Made by a program: the position numbers and the translations under genes. A DNA stretch of 43,238 bases from Terriglobia bacterium (GTDB taxonomy: Bacteria > Acidobacteriota > Terriglobia > Acidiferrales > UBA7541), in contig JBGOTC010000001.1 in the NCBI GenBank assembly GCA_041476305.1, positions 1 to 43,238 of the forward strand. Direction: 5' to 3'. A model generated the notes under the pieces. It saw only the letters and a list, made by a program, of their open reading frames with translations. It did not search any database and was not told the origin of the DNA. Position 1 is the stretch's first letter, and the number at the start of each line of letters is the position of its first letter. Shown in pieces: positions 33,414-43,223 of this stretch.

Positions 33414-35056
33414 CGCGAAAGCTTCACGCCATGCCCGAGCCCAAAAACAAATCCGGCGCACCCACAGTAGCAGGGCACGGTTTCCATACACTCTCGGGTC
33501 TTGAACTCGATCAGGTCTACGGTCCCGAACAGCTCGCGGGGTGGGACGCGGAAACTTCCCTGGGCTATCCCGGCGAATTTCCTTTCACGCGCGGCATCTA
33601 CCCCACCATGTACCGCGGGCGCTTGTGGACCATGCGGCAGTATGCCGGCTTCGGCACCGCCGCGGAATCCAACCAGCGCTATCGCTATCTCTTGAGCCAG
33701 GGTCAGAAGGGCCTCTCCGTGGCCTTCGACCTCCCGACGCAGATCGGGCTTGACTCCGACCACCTGCTCGCGCAAGGCGAAGTGGGAAAAGTGGGCGTAG
33801 CCATCGACTCGCTGGAGGACATGGAGACTCTGTTCGATGGGATTCCGCTCGAGAGCGTCTCCACTTCAATGACCATCAACGCGACAGCGGCCATCCTTCT
33901 GGCGCTGTATGTCTCGGTGGCAAGAAAACAGGGCGCGGATATCAGAAGACTTTCCGGGACCGTGCAGAATGACGTCTTGAAGGAGTATATTGCGCGCGGC
34001 ACTTTCATCTTCCCGGTGGCCCCGGCCATGCGTGTAGTGACGGACATCTTCGCTTGGTGCCGGAAGGAGTTGCCGCGCTGGAACACAATTTCGATTTCCG
34101 GTTACCACATCCGTGAAGCGGGCTCGACCGCTGTGCAGGAAGTGGCTTTCACGCTGGCCGATGCCATCGCTTATGTGGATGCTGCGGTGAAGGCCGGGCT
34201 CGCCGTGGACGATTTCGCGCCACAACTTTCTTTCTTCTTCAATGCCCACAACGACCTGCTGGAGGAAATCGCGAAATACCGCGCGGCGCGGCGCCTGTGG
34301 GCGCACATCATGCGGGAGCGCTTCGGCGCGCGCGATCCTGGTTCCATGCTGCTGCGCTTCCACGCGCAGACCGCGGGCTCATCGCTCACCGCGCAACAGC
34401 CTGAAAATAATATTGTGCGCGTGTCGATCCAGGCGCTGGCAGCGGTGCTGGGCGGATGCCAGTCGCTGCACACCAACGGGCTGGATGAAGCGCTCGCGCT
34501 CCCGACGGAAGATTCCGCGCTGCTTGCCCTGCGCACGCAGCAGGTGCTGGCCCACGAAACAGGTGTGATCAATACCGCGGATCCCGTGGCGGGTTCTTAT
34601 GCCATCGAAAGCCTCACCGACAGGATTGAGTCCGGCGCGCGTGAATATATCGCCCGCATCGATGCGTTGGGCGGAATGCTGCGCGCCGTGGAGACCGGCT
34701 ACGTGCAGGGCGAAATCCAAAAAGCGGCCTATGAATACCAGCAGGCCGTGGAGCGCGGCGAGCGCGTGGTCGTCGGCGTCAATCGTTTCCAGAGCGACGA
34801 CGCCAAGCCCATTCCCACCATGCGTGTGAACGCTGACGTCGAGCGCGCGCAAGTGGAGCGCGTGCGCGCCTTGCGCGCCCGGCGGGACGCCGCTCGCACC
34901 GCGAAAGCTCTCGCCGAAGTGGAGGCCTGCGCGAAGAGCGGAGCAAACCTGATGCCCGCGATCTGTGCTGCCGTGGAGACCTACGCGACGGTCGGAGAAA
35001 TCTCCGACGCACTCCGCCGCATCTTCGGTGAATACCAGGAATCTGTCGTGCTATGA
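33410..35056 (+). CDS. Methylmalonyl-CoA (acyl-CoA) mutase, catalytic large-subunit domain only
   Basis: [53 protein letters not shown] and [21 protein letters not shown]. The product is about 548 aa and ends before any B12-binding domain. The start is ATG 33410, or alternatively 33431. Confidence 0.88.
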   Translation: MTRKLHAMPEPKNKSGAPTVAGHGFHTLSGLELDQVYGPEQLAGWDAETSLGYPGEFPFTRGIYPTMYRGRLWTMRQYAGFGTAAESNQRYRYLLSQGQKGLSVAFDLPTQIGLDSDHLLAQGEVGKVGVAIDSLEDMETLFDGIPLESVSTSMTINATAAILLALYVSVARKQGADIRRLSGTVQNDVLKEYIARGTFIFPVAPAMRVVTDIFAWCRKELPRWNTISISGYHIREAGSTAVQEVAFTLADAIAYVDAAVKAGLAVDDFAPQLSFFFNAHNDLLEEIAKYRAARRLWAHIMRERFGARDPGSMLLRFHAQTAGSSLTAQQPENNIVRVSIQALAAVLGGCQSLHTNGLDEALALPTEDSALLALRTQQVLAHETGVINTADPVAGSYAIESLTDRIESGAREYIARIDALGGMLRAVETGYVQGEIQKAAYEYQQAVERGERVVVGVNRFQSDDAKPIPTMRVNADVERAQVERVRALRARRDAARTAKALAEVEACAKSGANLMPAICAAVETYATVGEISDALRRIFGEYQESVVL

Positions 35057-35216
35057 TGGCGTCGGGGTTGTGCTGAATTGCCAGAGGTTCCTGGGCCGCC
35101 CTCCAGGGCGATTTGTGGGGCCCCGAGTTTTCAGGTCACAAGTTCGCATCGAATCCCGCGTCGGCACAGGGCCACGGCTTTGTCCAGCGCAAGAAATTTC
35201 AAAGGAGAGATCCACC

Positions 35217-35858
35217 ATGAGGAAATTGCTTTGTGCAGTCTTACTATGTGGAATTTCAGCATTGCCCGCGCTGGCGCAGACTGGCACAGCGGGGGCTCCA
35301 CAAACTCCTCCCCCCGCGCAAGCTCCGCCCGCCGGACCTCCGGTGGATCCACTCGCCACATACGTAAAGAATGCGTTCAAGTCCAACAGCAACTACCTGA
35401 TCCATTCCGCTGAAGACATGCCGGAAGAAAATTACACCATGAAACTCGGAACAACGCCCGAAGTGCGCACGTTCGCTGCGATGCTGGGGCACGTGATCAA
35501 TGCCAATTACCTTTTCTGCGCGCGCGGCAAGGGCGAGGCAATGCCCAACCAGACGGACTTTGAAAAAGGCGCGGCGACCATGACAAAGGCTGATCTCGTG
35601 AAAGCCATGCATGCCGCCGTGGATTATTGCGGCCCCGTGTATGACGCGCTCACCGACGCGACAGGAATGGAAATGGTCACTCCACCGGCGCCTGCGGCCG
35701 GCAGAGGCCCCGGACGGCCGTACCTGCGCATTCAGCCGTTGATTAACAACGTGGTCCACAACAACGAGGAATACGGCAACCTGATCGGTTATTTCCGAAC
35801 CAAGAACCTGGTGCCTCCCTCCACCGCTCTGGCGGCTGCCGGACGGCGCGGAAACTAG
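35217..35858 (+). CDS. DinB-superfamily protein with signal peptide
   Basis: ATG 35217 is preceded by AAAGGAGAG. The signal peptide is MRKLLCAVLLCGISALPALA. The DinB-like segments are ...RTFAAMLGHVINANYLF... and ...NNVVHNNEEYGNL. Confidence 0.6.
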   Translation: MRKLLCAVLLCGISALPALAQTGTAGAPQTPPPAQAPPAGPPVDPLATYVKNAFKSNSNYLIHSAEDMPEENYTMKLGTTPEVRTFAAMLGHVINANYLFCARGKGEAMPNQTDFEKGAATMTKADLVKAMHAAVDYCGPVYDALTDATGMEMVTPPAPAAGRGPGRPYLRIQPLINNVVHNNEEYGNLIGYFRTKNLVPPSTALAAAGRRGN

Positions 35859-35875
35859 CTAGCCTTCTGAAAGGA

Positions 35876-35905
35876 TTCGCGGCGGGCCTAACCGCCCGCC
35901 GCGAA
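35876..35905 (+). terminator. GC-rich hairpin downstream of the DinB-family gene (possible terminator, no U-tract)
   Basis: TTCGCGGCGGGC (35876-35887) pairs with GCCCGCCGCGAA (35894-35905) around a 6-nt loop. It begins 18 nt after the stop codon. Confidence 0.35.
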
Positions 35906-35930
35906 CCATAGTCCGGGCGAGCCCCGCGCA

Positions 35931-36689
35931 ATGCCTTCCGCTAAGACCTCCAAGTCCAAATCCCCTGAAAAGAAACCCGTCCGCACAGCCGCTGATGCAA
36001 TTCGCTTCATTGAACACTCCGGATTCTGTCTGCTTTTCCCCGTCAAAGGCGTGGCCTTGCCATCGCTCTATTACGCGGCGACTCGCCGCATGACTCTTCC
36101 TCGGACCTGGGACAAGTATTGCCAATTGGTTTGGAAATTGAAGGACGAACTGCCTCGCCGCCGGCGCGCCTTCTATGCGAAATACTTCAAGGGCCGCGGG
36201 AGTTTTCTGTCACTGAAGATGCTCCCTTATTTTCTTTCGCAGGAAGATAGCGCCGTAGGACTGCACGACTACGAAGAACTTTACAGCGCGGGACGCATCA
36301 CCCACGGCGCGCGGGGAATCTGGGAGACCCTGGCGCGCCAGGGCCCCATGGCCACGCTGGAGTTGCGTCACGCCTGCAAAATGGAAACGAAAGCGGGCAA
36401 CATTCGCTTCAAGAAGGCGATGCTGGAATTGCAGCGGCGGCTCATTGTTGTCCACTTCGGTTCTGAGCAGGAAACCGCCGCCTGGGCTTCCGGCCGCTTT
36501 GAGCTGACCTCCCGCGCCTTCCCAAAGCAAGCGAAGCTCGCGCGGACCATCTCTCGTGAAAAGGCGCACAAAATAATCGCTGCCAAATATCTGTTGCTCC
36601 GTCCCGATGCATCGCCAATGGACCTCGCGCGATTGTTTGGGTGGAGCAGAGTCGAGGCTGTAGCGGCTTTTCCTTCATTCAAGTCATGA
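35931..36689 (+). CDS. Hypothetical protein (possibly a winged-helix, AlkZ/YcaQ-like fold; very tentative)
   Basis: Full 252-aa ORF with a basic N-terminus. My only hint of family is a vague resemblance to HTH_42-type proteins. Confidence 0.5.
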   Translation: MPSAKTSKSKSPEKKPVRTAADAIRFIEHSGFCLLFPVKGVALPSLYYAATRRMTLPRTWDKYCQLVWKLKDELPRRRRAFYAKYFKGRGSFLSLKMLPYFLSQEDSAVGLHDYEELYSAGRITHGARGIWETLARQGPMATLELRHACKMETKAGNIRFKKAMLELQRRLIVVHFGSEQETAAWASGRFELTSRAFPKQAKLARTISREKAHKIIAAKYLLLRPDASPMDLARLFGWSRVEAVAAFPSFKS

Positions 36690-36708
36690 GCGTCCCTGCG
36701 AACCGAAA

Positions 36709-37566
36709 CTAATTGATGGTCGAGTCCAGGTAGGCAAGATACGTCGCGATCAGCCGGTAGCTGTCGTAGTAGTCCCCCATCTTGATCGCGGAAATATTGT
36801 CATCTTTCGTGTGCAGGATAGGAAACGTGTCTCCCGTGAGAGAGTGCAGCATTAGCGTGGGGATGTGGCGTTTCTTGAATGATTCGGAATCTTCCATACC
36901 AACCTCATCCGCATTGACCTTCCACAATGCGATTCTGGTAAATCGCGCGATCGAGAACAGCGCCTCCGTGAAATTCTTGTCCGAGTGCGTCATCCAGACC
37001 TTGGTGTCCCCCAACCCAAGGCTGTCCACATTGATCATCACCCGGATCTTCGTGATTTGTTCGGCAGTCAATTGCTTCGCGTACGCCTCTGACCCCTTGA
37101 GCCCTTGCTCCTCTCCGGTGAATGCGATGAAGACGAAAGTATGCTTTCGCGGTTCAGCACTCAGCGTCTGAAAGAGACTGGGAAGCAATGCCGCTCCGCT
37201 CCAATTATCCACGACCCCGTCTCCCTCATTCGCATGGTCAAAGTGGGCGCCGATAATTATTTGCGAGTCCGTGCTCCCGATCATCGTGCAAACCAGATTC
37301 GGAATTTTCTGACCTTTGACAGGCAGTTCGGCGATCCGGTCGCCTTTGCAACCCACTTCCCCAAAGGATTCCTTCAGGCTCTTTTCACGTTCCACGTCGC
37401 TCGTGGGTCTGTGGCGCAACCTCGCCTCAATTAAATCCAATGGGAGCTGGGTGAAATGAATCGATGCTTGTTGAGCAGTACTGGCAGACTGCTGAGGAGT
37501 GGCGGTCAAACTGGAAACAGCGACGACTGAGGCAGTCACCAGGATCAATTGCGTGTAACGGCCCAT
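36709..37566 (-). CDS. M28-family metallopeptidase (aminopeptidase-like), secreted
   Basis: The signal peptide is MGRYTQLILVTASVVAVSSLTA. The motifs are IIIGAHFDHANEGDGVVDNWSGAALL and FIAFTGEEQGLKGSEAY. Confidence 0.8.
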   Translation of the reverse strand: MGRYTQLILVTASVVAVSSLTATPQQSASTAQQASIHFTQLPLDLIEARLRHRPTSDVEREKSLKESFGEVGCKGDRIAELPVKGQKIPNLVCTMIGSTDSQIIIGAHFDHANEGDGVVDNWSGAALLPSLFQTLSAEPRKHTFVFIAFTGEEQGLKGSEAYAKQLTAEQITKIRVMINVDSLGLGDTKVWMTHSDKNFTEALFSIARFTRIALWKVNADEVGMEDSESFKKRHIPTLMLHSLTGDTFPILHTKDDNISAIKMGDYYDSYRLIATYLAYLDSTIN

Positions 37567-37569
37567 CTG

Positions 37570-38856
<1,287 letters not shown>

Positions 38857-38882
38857 TTATGTTTTGCACCGTGTGCTGGGTC

Positions 38883-39929
38883 TTACTTGTTGTCCGCCAT
38901 TGGTTCCGCGCCGGGCACCGCGTCCGTCGGAGTTCCCATCAATAGATAAAGCAACATCATGCGCACGGCGACACCGTTCGTCACCTGGTCGAGCACGCAG
39001 GACTGCGGCCCATCGGCCACGGCGGGATCAATTTCCAAACCGCGGATCATCGGGCCCGGGTGAAGTACCAGAGCGCCCGGCCGCGCGCGGCGCAATCTTT
39101 CTTCCGTCAGCTGATACATCAGGATGTATTCACCCATGGGAAGCGCCGGCTCATTCATGCGCTCCTGCTGCACGCGAAGGACGATGACAACGTCCGCGCC
39201 CTCGAGCGCCTCCTCGATTCGCGCCGTGCGCCGGATGGTGCATCCCGGCGGGCCGATGTGTTCCAACTCGTGCGGCAGCCACATCGCCGGGCCGCACAGC
39301 GTGAAATGGCATCCGAATTTTCCGAGCAGGTGAATGTTGGAGCGGGCCACGCGGCTGTGCTGGATATCGCCGAGGATGGTTACGTTTAGCCCGTCAATTC
39401 TGTCAATGCGGTCGCGGATCGTCAGCGCGTCGAGCAGCGCCTGCGAAGGATGCTCATGCGTCCCATCCCCGGCGTTGATGACCGGAACCTCCAGATGCCG
39501 CGCCACAAAGTCCGCCGCGCCCGAGCTCGTGTGACGCATCACGATGCAATCCGGCTTCATGGCATCGAGCGTGTGCGCGGTGTCGAGCAGCGATTCACCC
39601 TTCTTCAGGCTCGACGATTCGGCTTGCAGGTTCATCGTGTCCGCGCCCAACCGCGCTGCCGCCGTCGCGAAACTGATGCGAGTTCTGGTGGAGGGCTCAA
39701 AAAACGCCAGCGCGACGCTCTTTCCGCGCAGGGTGCCGAGCTTCTTCAGCGGATTCTTCTGAATTCCCTGGAATGGCTTGGATTGGTCGAGGAGAAATAG
39801 GATTTGCTCGGCCGGTAGCGGCTCGATGCCGAGCAAGTGGCGAAATCGGTGCGGCACTACATTCCTCGGTGAGGATTCTCCAACAATAATCCCTTCGGGC
39901 GCATGTCCCCCGGCCGTGGCCGGATTCAT
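38883..39929 (-). CDS. pyrB: Aspartate carbamoyltransferase catalytic subunit
   Basis: EPSTRTRISF, GTHEHPSQALLD and VLHPGPMIRG. ATG 39929 overlaps the pyrR stop (ATGA). The alternative start is GTG 39857, with GAGGA 5 nt upstream. Confidence 0.9.
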   Translation of the reverse strand: MNPATAGGHAPEGIIVGESSPRNVVPHRFRHLLGIEPLPAEQILFLLDQSKPFQGIQKNPLKKLGTLRGKSVALAFFEPSTRTRISFATAAARLGADTMNLQAESSSLKKGESLLDTAHTLDAMKPDCIVMRHTSSGAADFVARHLEVPVINAGDGTHEHPSQALLDALTIRDRIDRIDGLNVTILGDIQHSRVARSNIHLLGKFGCHFTLCGPAMWLPHELEHIGPPGCTIRRTARIEEALEGADVVIVLRVQQERMNEPALPMGEYILMYQLTEERLRRARPGALVLHPGPMIRGLEIDPAVADGPQSCVLDQVTNGVAVRMMLLYLLMGTPTDAVPGAEPMADNK

Positions 39930-40474
39930 TCGACGCGCTCGACCAGCATCACGCGCTCTTCCTGGTCCACTTCGCGCAATCGCACTTCGATAATCTCGTT
40001 GGCGCTGGTCTGCACCATCCGCCCCACGAAGCTCGCTTCCACTGGCAACTCGCGGTGGCCGCGGTCAATCAGCACGCACAGCCGTACAGTGCGCGGACGA
40101 CCCAGGTCAAACAGTCCGTTCATCGCCGCGCGCACGGTCCGCCCGGTGTAGAGCACGTCGTCCACGAGGATGAGGTCCTTGTCATCCACGGAGAATGCGA
40201 TGTCGCTCGATTGAAGCACCGGCTGGGCGGCGACCTTGCTCAGGTCGTCGCGGTAGAGCGTGATGTCCAGCGTGCCCACCGGGACCTCCACGCGGTCAAT
40301 CTCCCGCATGGCCTGCGCGATACGCTGCGCCAGGGGTACCCCGCGGCGCCGAATTCCGATGAGCGCCAGGTTCAGCGACCCGCCGCTCCGCTCCACAATT
40401 TCATGCGCCACGCGCTGGAGCGTGCGGTCAATTTCCGTCGCGGACATCAACTGTGATTTTTCAACGACACGCAT
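39926..40474 (-). CDS. pyrR: PyrR (pyr regulatory protein / uracil phosphoribosyltransferase)
   Basis: LALIGIRRRGVPLAQRIA and LILVDDVLYTGRTVRAA (PRPP-binding loop). It is in the classic position ahead of pyrB. Confidence 0.88.
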   Translation of the reverse strand: MRVVEKSQLMSATEIDRTLQRVAHEIVERSGGSLNLALIGIRRRGVPLAQRIAQAMREIDRVEVPVGTLDITLYRDDLSKVAAQPVLQSSDIAFSVDDKDLILVDDVLYTGRTVRAAMNGLFDLGRPRTVRLCVLIDRGHRELPVEASFVGRMVQTSANEIIEVRLREVDQEERVMLVERVE

Positions 40475-40483
40475 CGGCCAGCA

Positions 40484-40492
40484 ATCCTAGCA
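40484..40492 (-). promoter_or_regulatory. Extended -10 box TGCTAGGAT, 9 nt upstream of the pyrR ATG
   Basis: The minus strand reads ...TTGGAG-16-TAGGAT with a TG extension, followed by TGCTGGCCG and then ATG 40474. There is no SD. Confidence 0.4.
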
Positions 40493-40523
40493 CAGAGTCC
40501 TGCGGCTCCAAACCTGCCTCGCC

Positions 40524-40946
40524 TCAGGCTTCCGGCTTGGCTTTCGCGCAATCGAGGATCATGCGTTGCAGGGCCTTCTGATCCAAATCGCTCAGGCGTT
40601 TGAAGCGCACGCAGCCGCCGCCGATTTTCGCCTTGCGCAGGTCCTTCTTATGCCGCTTGCCGGCGCCTCCGCAGGTATAAAGCGAGATGTAGTTCGCATT
40701 GCTCGCCACTCCAATCCGCATCCACTCGCCTATTCGGCCGCCCGCATACTTGATTTGCCAGCGGCCATAGGCAAGTATTCCCATTTGGATGAACCGCTCC
40801 AGCTTCGGCGCCGTCTTCCGAATCAGTGCATCCAGTGCGGCGACCTCGCTCTTGCGCGGTTCTTCGAGCTTGGCGATGTATTCGGCGGGTGTGGAAACGT
40901 TGAGTTGGCCTTTCATGGGCGGGGATTCTATCACGGGCGCACGCAT
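40524..40946 (-). CDS. DUF1801 (YdhG-like) domain protein
   Basis: The pattern ...STPAEYIAKLEEPRKSEVAALDALIRKTAPKLE...NYISLY... resembles DUF1801 proteins. The start is 40946 or 40916. Confidence 0.55.
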   Translation of the reverse strand: MRAPVIESPPMKGQLNVSTPAEYIAKLEEPRKSEVAALDALIRKTAPKLERFIQMGILAYGRWQIKYAGGRIGEWMRIGVASNANYISLYTCGGAGKRHKKDLRKAKIGGGCVRFKRLSDLDQKALQRMILDCAKAKPEA

Positions 40947-40990
40947 GCTTCGATTGCTGGTTTCCTCGCTCCATCCGGAACCCGCGTTCG

Positions 40991-40999
40991 TGCTAAAAT
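40991..40999 (+). promoter_or_regulatory. Extended -10 box TGCTAAAAT, 9 nt upstream of the pyrD ATG
   Basis: Read directly from the sequence. There is no SD in the 9 nt (AAGTTCCTG) before ATG 41009. Confidence 0.45.
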
Positions 41000-41008
41000 A
41001 AGTTCCTG

Positions 41009-41944
41009 ATGAGCGCCACGGGGGCAGTTGACCTGAGCGTACAGATTGGCTCGCTGCGGCTTTCCAATCCCGTCCTCGCCGCCAGCGGCACCTTTGGATA
41101 CGGAATCGAATTTTCCCACCTTGTAGATCTCAACCGGCTCGGCGGCATCGTTGTGAAAGGCCTGTCCCTCGAACCGCTCGATGGCGCTCCCGCGCCGCGC
41201 CTCTGCGAAACGGCGGGAGGGATGCTGAATGCCGTTGGACTGCAGAACGTCGGCGTGCGCGCATTCGTCCGCGACAAAATGCCGCAGCTCCGGAAACTCC
41301 AGACTGCCGTGGTCGCCAACGTCTTCGGCCACACCATTGCCGAATACGCCGAAATCATCCGTATCCTGGAAGACTCGGAGGGCCTGGCTGCCTACGAATT
41401 GAACGTCTCCTGCCCGAATACCGATGCGGGCGGGGCGTTCTTCGGTACCGACGCTGCAATGACCGCTGAAGTGGTGGCTGCGTCCCGCCGAGTCTCCCGC
41501 CGCTCCCTGTGGGCCAAGCTCTCTCCTAACGTGACCGACATACGGGTCATCGCTCGGGCCGCCGAGTCAGCCGGGGCAGACGCCTTAACAATCGCCAATA
41601 CCTACTCGGCAATGAGCGTGGACTACAAGACACGGAGGTCAAAGCTGGGCCGCCCCACCGGGGGGCTGTCTGGGCCTGCAATTAAGCCGATCACCCTCAG
41701 ACTGGTCCATCAGGCGGCCGAGGCGGTCAATATACCCATCCTAGGGCTTGGCGGCATCGAAACTGCTGAGGATGCGCTGGAATACATGACAGTTGGGGCA
41801 TCGGCTGTCCAGGTAGGGACAGCCCATTTTGCCGACCCAAAGGCTTCCATCGCACTTTTGATCGAACTGGAAAGGCTCTGTAGATCAAGTAAGATTAGCA
41901 ATATCAATGAATTACGAGGGTCGTTTGTGGCCGAAAGTACTTGA
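41009..41944 (+). CDS. pyrD: Dihydroorotate dehydrogenase, class 1 (catalytic subunit)
   Basis: AASGTFGYG, GGMLNAVGLQNVG, ELNVSCPN (active-site Cys), KLSPN, GGLSGPAIKP and GLGGI. There is no pyrK-like gene in the window. Confidence 0.9.
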   Translation: MSATGAVDLSVQIGSLRLSNPVLAASGTFGYGIEFSHLVDLNRLGGIVVKGLSLEPLDGAPAPRLCETAGGMLNAVGLQNVGVRAFVRDKMPQLRKLQTAVVANVFGHTIAEYAEIIRILEDSEGLAAYELNVSCPNTDAGGAFFGTDAAMTAEVVAASRRVSRRSLWAKLSPNVTDIRVIARAAESAGADALTIANTYSAMSVDYKTRRSKLGRPTGGLSGPAIKPITLRLVHQAAEAVNIPILGLGGIETAEDALEYMTVGASAVQVGTAHFADPKASIALLIELERLCRSSKISNINELRGSFVAEST

Positions 41945-41984
41945 AAGAATGGCCAATCCGTACTATAGTCTTGGTGAAATCTGT

Positions 41985-41993
41985 TGCTAAAAT
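41985..41993 (+). promoter_or_regulatory. Extended -10 box TGCTAAAAT, 8 nt upstream of the rlpA ATG
   Basis: This is the same 9-mer as at 40991. There is no SD before ATG 42002. An alternative or additional promoter is TTGAAA (41941-41946)-17-TATAGT (41964-41969). Confidence 0.45.
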
Positions 41994-42001
41994 AACACAC
42001 T

Positions 42002-42427
42002 ATGCGAAAGAAACTGGTAGTTCTCATAGGCTCACTGCCCTTTTTGCTGTTTACACTGGCCCTGACGCCGACCTTGGAAGCTCCATTGGTCGCCCGCCCG
42101 ACCCAGTCCGTTCCCGTTTTGAAGGTTTGGTACGGGGAAGCAAGCTGGTACGGACCCACTTTTGAGGGCCGGACCACTGCCAGCGGCGAGCTATATGACA
42201 TGACCGCCTCAACGGCTGCCCACCCGAGCCTGCCCTTTGGCTCCATGGTCCGGCTGATTAACCCGAGGACTGGCCACAGCACAATCGTCCGAATTAATGA
42301 CCGTGGCCCCTTTATTGGAGGGCGCGAGCTCGACGTTTCTTACCAGGTTGCTGAAAAGCTGGGCATGATCAACCGTGGAGTGGCCAAACTGCGCATGGAA
42401 CTCCTCGAGGTGCCCAAACGCCAGTAG
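42002..42427 (+). CDS. rlpA: RlpA-like (septal ring lytic transglycosylase, DPBB domain) lipoprotein
   Basis: GEASWYGPTFEGRTTASGELYD, AAHPSLPFGSMVRLINPRTGHSTIVRINDRGPF. Confidence 0.85.
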   Translation: MRKKLVVLIGSLPFLLFTLALTPTLEAPLVARPTQSVPVLKVWYGEASWYGPTFEGRTTASGELYDMTASTAAHPSLPFGSMVRLINPRTGHSTIVRINDRGPFIGGRELDVSYQVAEKLGMINRGVAKLRMELLEVPKRQ

Positions 42428-42540
42428 ATCAACACTCCAAGCGACTCATCGTCGCACTGGATTCCGAGCGGCTCGGACCTGCCCTGGCGGCGGCCGAGCC
42501 GCTTTGCCGTTCGGTCGGACTCTTCAAGATCGGCAGCCGC

Positions 42541-43161
42541 TTGTTCACCGGAGAAGGTCCCGAAGCTGTGCGGCGCATTGCCGCCCTCGGTGTTGGGATT
42601 TTTCTCGATCTCAAATTCCACGATATTCCAAACACTGTGATTGGTGCGCTGCGCGTCGCCGCCGCGCTGCCGGGCATCAAGCTCATCAACATCCATGCCG
42701 CCGGTGGTCCCGCGATGATGCGCGCCGCGGTTGGGGCACTCGCTCCACTCGCCGATCGGCCTCGCCTGCTGGGCGTTACCGTCCTGACCAGTATGGACAA
42801 GAGGACGATGAATATTGTTGGAGTGCCCGGCACGACGACCAAACAAGTGGTAAAGCTCGCCCGTCTCGCGAAAAAAACCGGCCTCGATGGAGTGGTGACA
42901 TCGGGCCACGAAGTGAAAGCGCTGCGGCGCGCGGTGGGCCCCGGCTTCATTATCCTTGTTCCAGGAATTCGACCTCGCACATCCTCGGGCACGCGCAAGA
43001 CCGACGACCAGGAACGAACTGTCACTCCAGGAGAAGCCATCCGCGCAGGCGCGGACTACATTGTCGTCGGCCGCCCGATTACCGGCGCGCCTGACCCCGC
43101 TGCGGCGGCTCGCGCCGTGCTCGATGAGATCGCTGAAGCCGAAGCTTCTGTGATCCGCTGA
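42541..43161 (+). CDS. pyrF: Orotidine-5'-phosphate decarboxylase (coordinates give the minimal TTG-initiated ORF; homology continues upstream to at least 42439)
   Basis: FLDLKFHDIPNTV, INIHAAGG, VTVLTS and VVGRPI. The in-frame upstream translation KRLIVALDSERLGPALAAAEPLCRSVGLFKIGSRLF matches the conserved PyrF N-terminus, but no ATG/GTG/TTG precedes it (see finding). Confidence 0.85.
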   Translation: MFTGEGPEAVRRIAALGVGIFLDLKFHDIPNTVIGALRVAAALPGIKLINIHAAGGPAMMRAAVGALAPLADRPRLLGVTVLTSMDKRTMNIVGVPGTTTKQVVKLARLAKKTGLDGVVTSGHEVKALRRAVGPGFIILVPGIRPRTSSGTRKTDDQERTVTPGEAIRAGADYIVVGRPITGAPDPAAAARAVLDEIAEAEASVIR

Positions 43162-43194
43162 CCTCCTGGCATTCCAATTTGTTGGTTGTTGTGT

Positions 43195-43223
43195 TTGACG
43201 CTCGCCCGCCGTTTCGCTAGCAT
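43195..43223 (+). promoter_or_regulatory. Candidate promoter TTGACG-17-TAGCAT for a gene beyond the window
   Basis: The -35 box is at 43195-43200 and the -10 at 43218-43223, with an exactly 17-nt spacer. It lies in the intergenic tail after pyrF. Confidence 0.3.

Noticed and set aside
42352-42445. An RlpA-PyrF fusion by programmed frameshift or readthrough as the explanation for the missing pyrF start.
   Set aside because: I see no slippery heptamer or stimulatory structure at the junction, and a lipoprotein/cytoplasmic-enzyme fusion makes no biological sense. It is kept only as a remote alternative in the pyrF finding.
42375-43094. Alternative-frame ORFs across pyrF (42375..43094 on plus, 42429..43040 and 42340..42909 on minus).
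   Set aside because: The frame carrying the canonical OMP decarboxylase motifs (DLKFHDIPNT, VVGRPI) is unambiguous.
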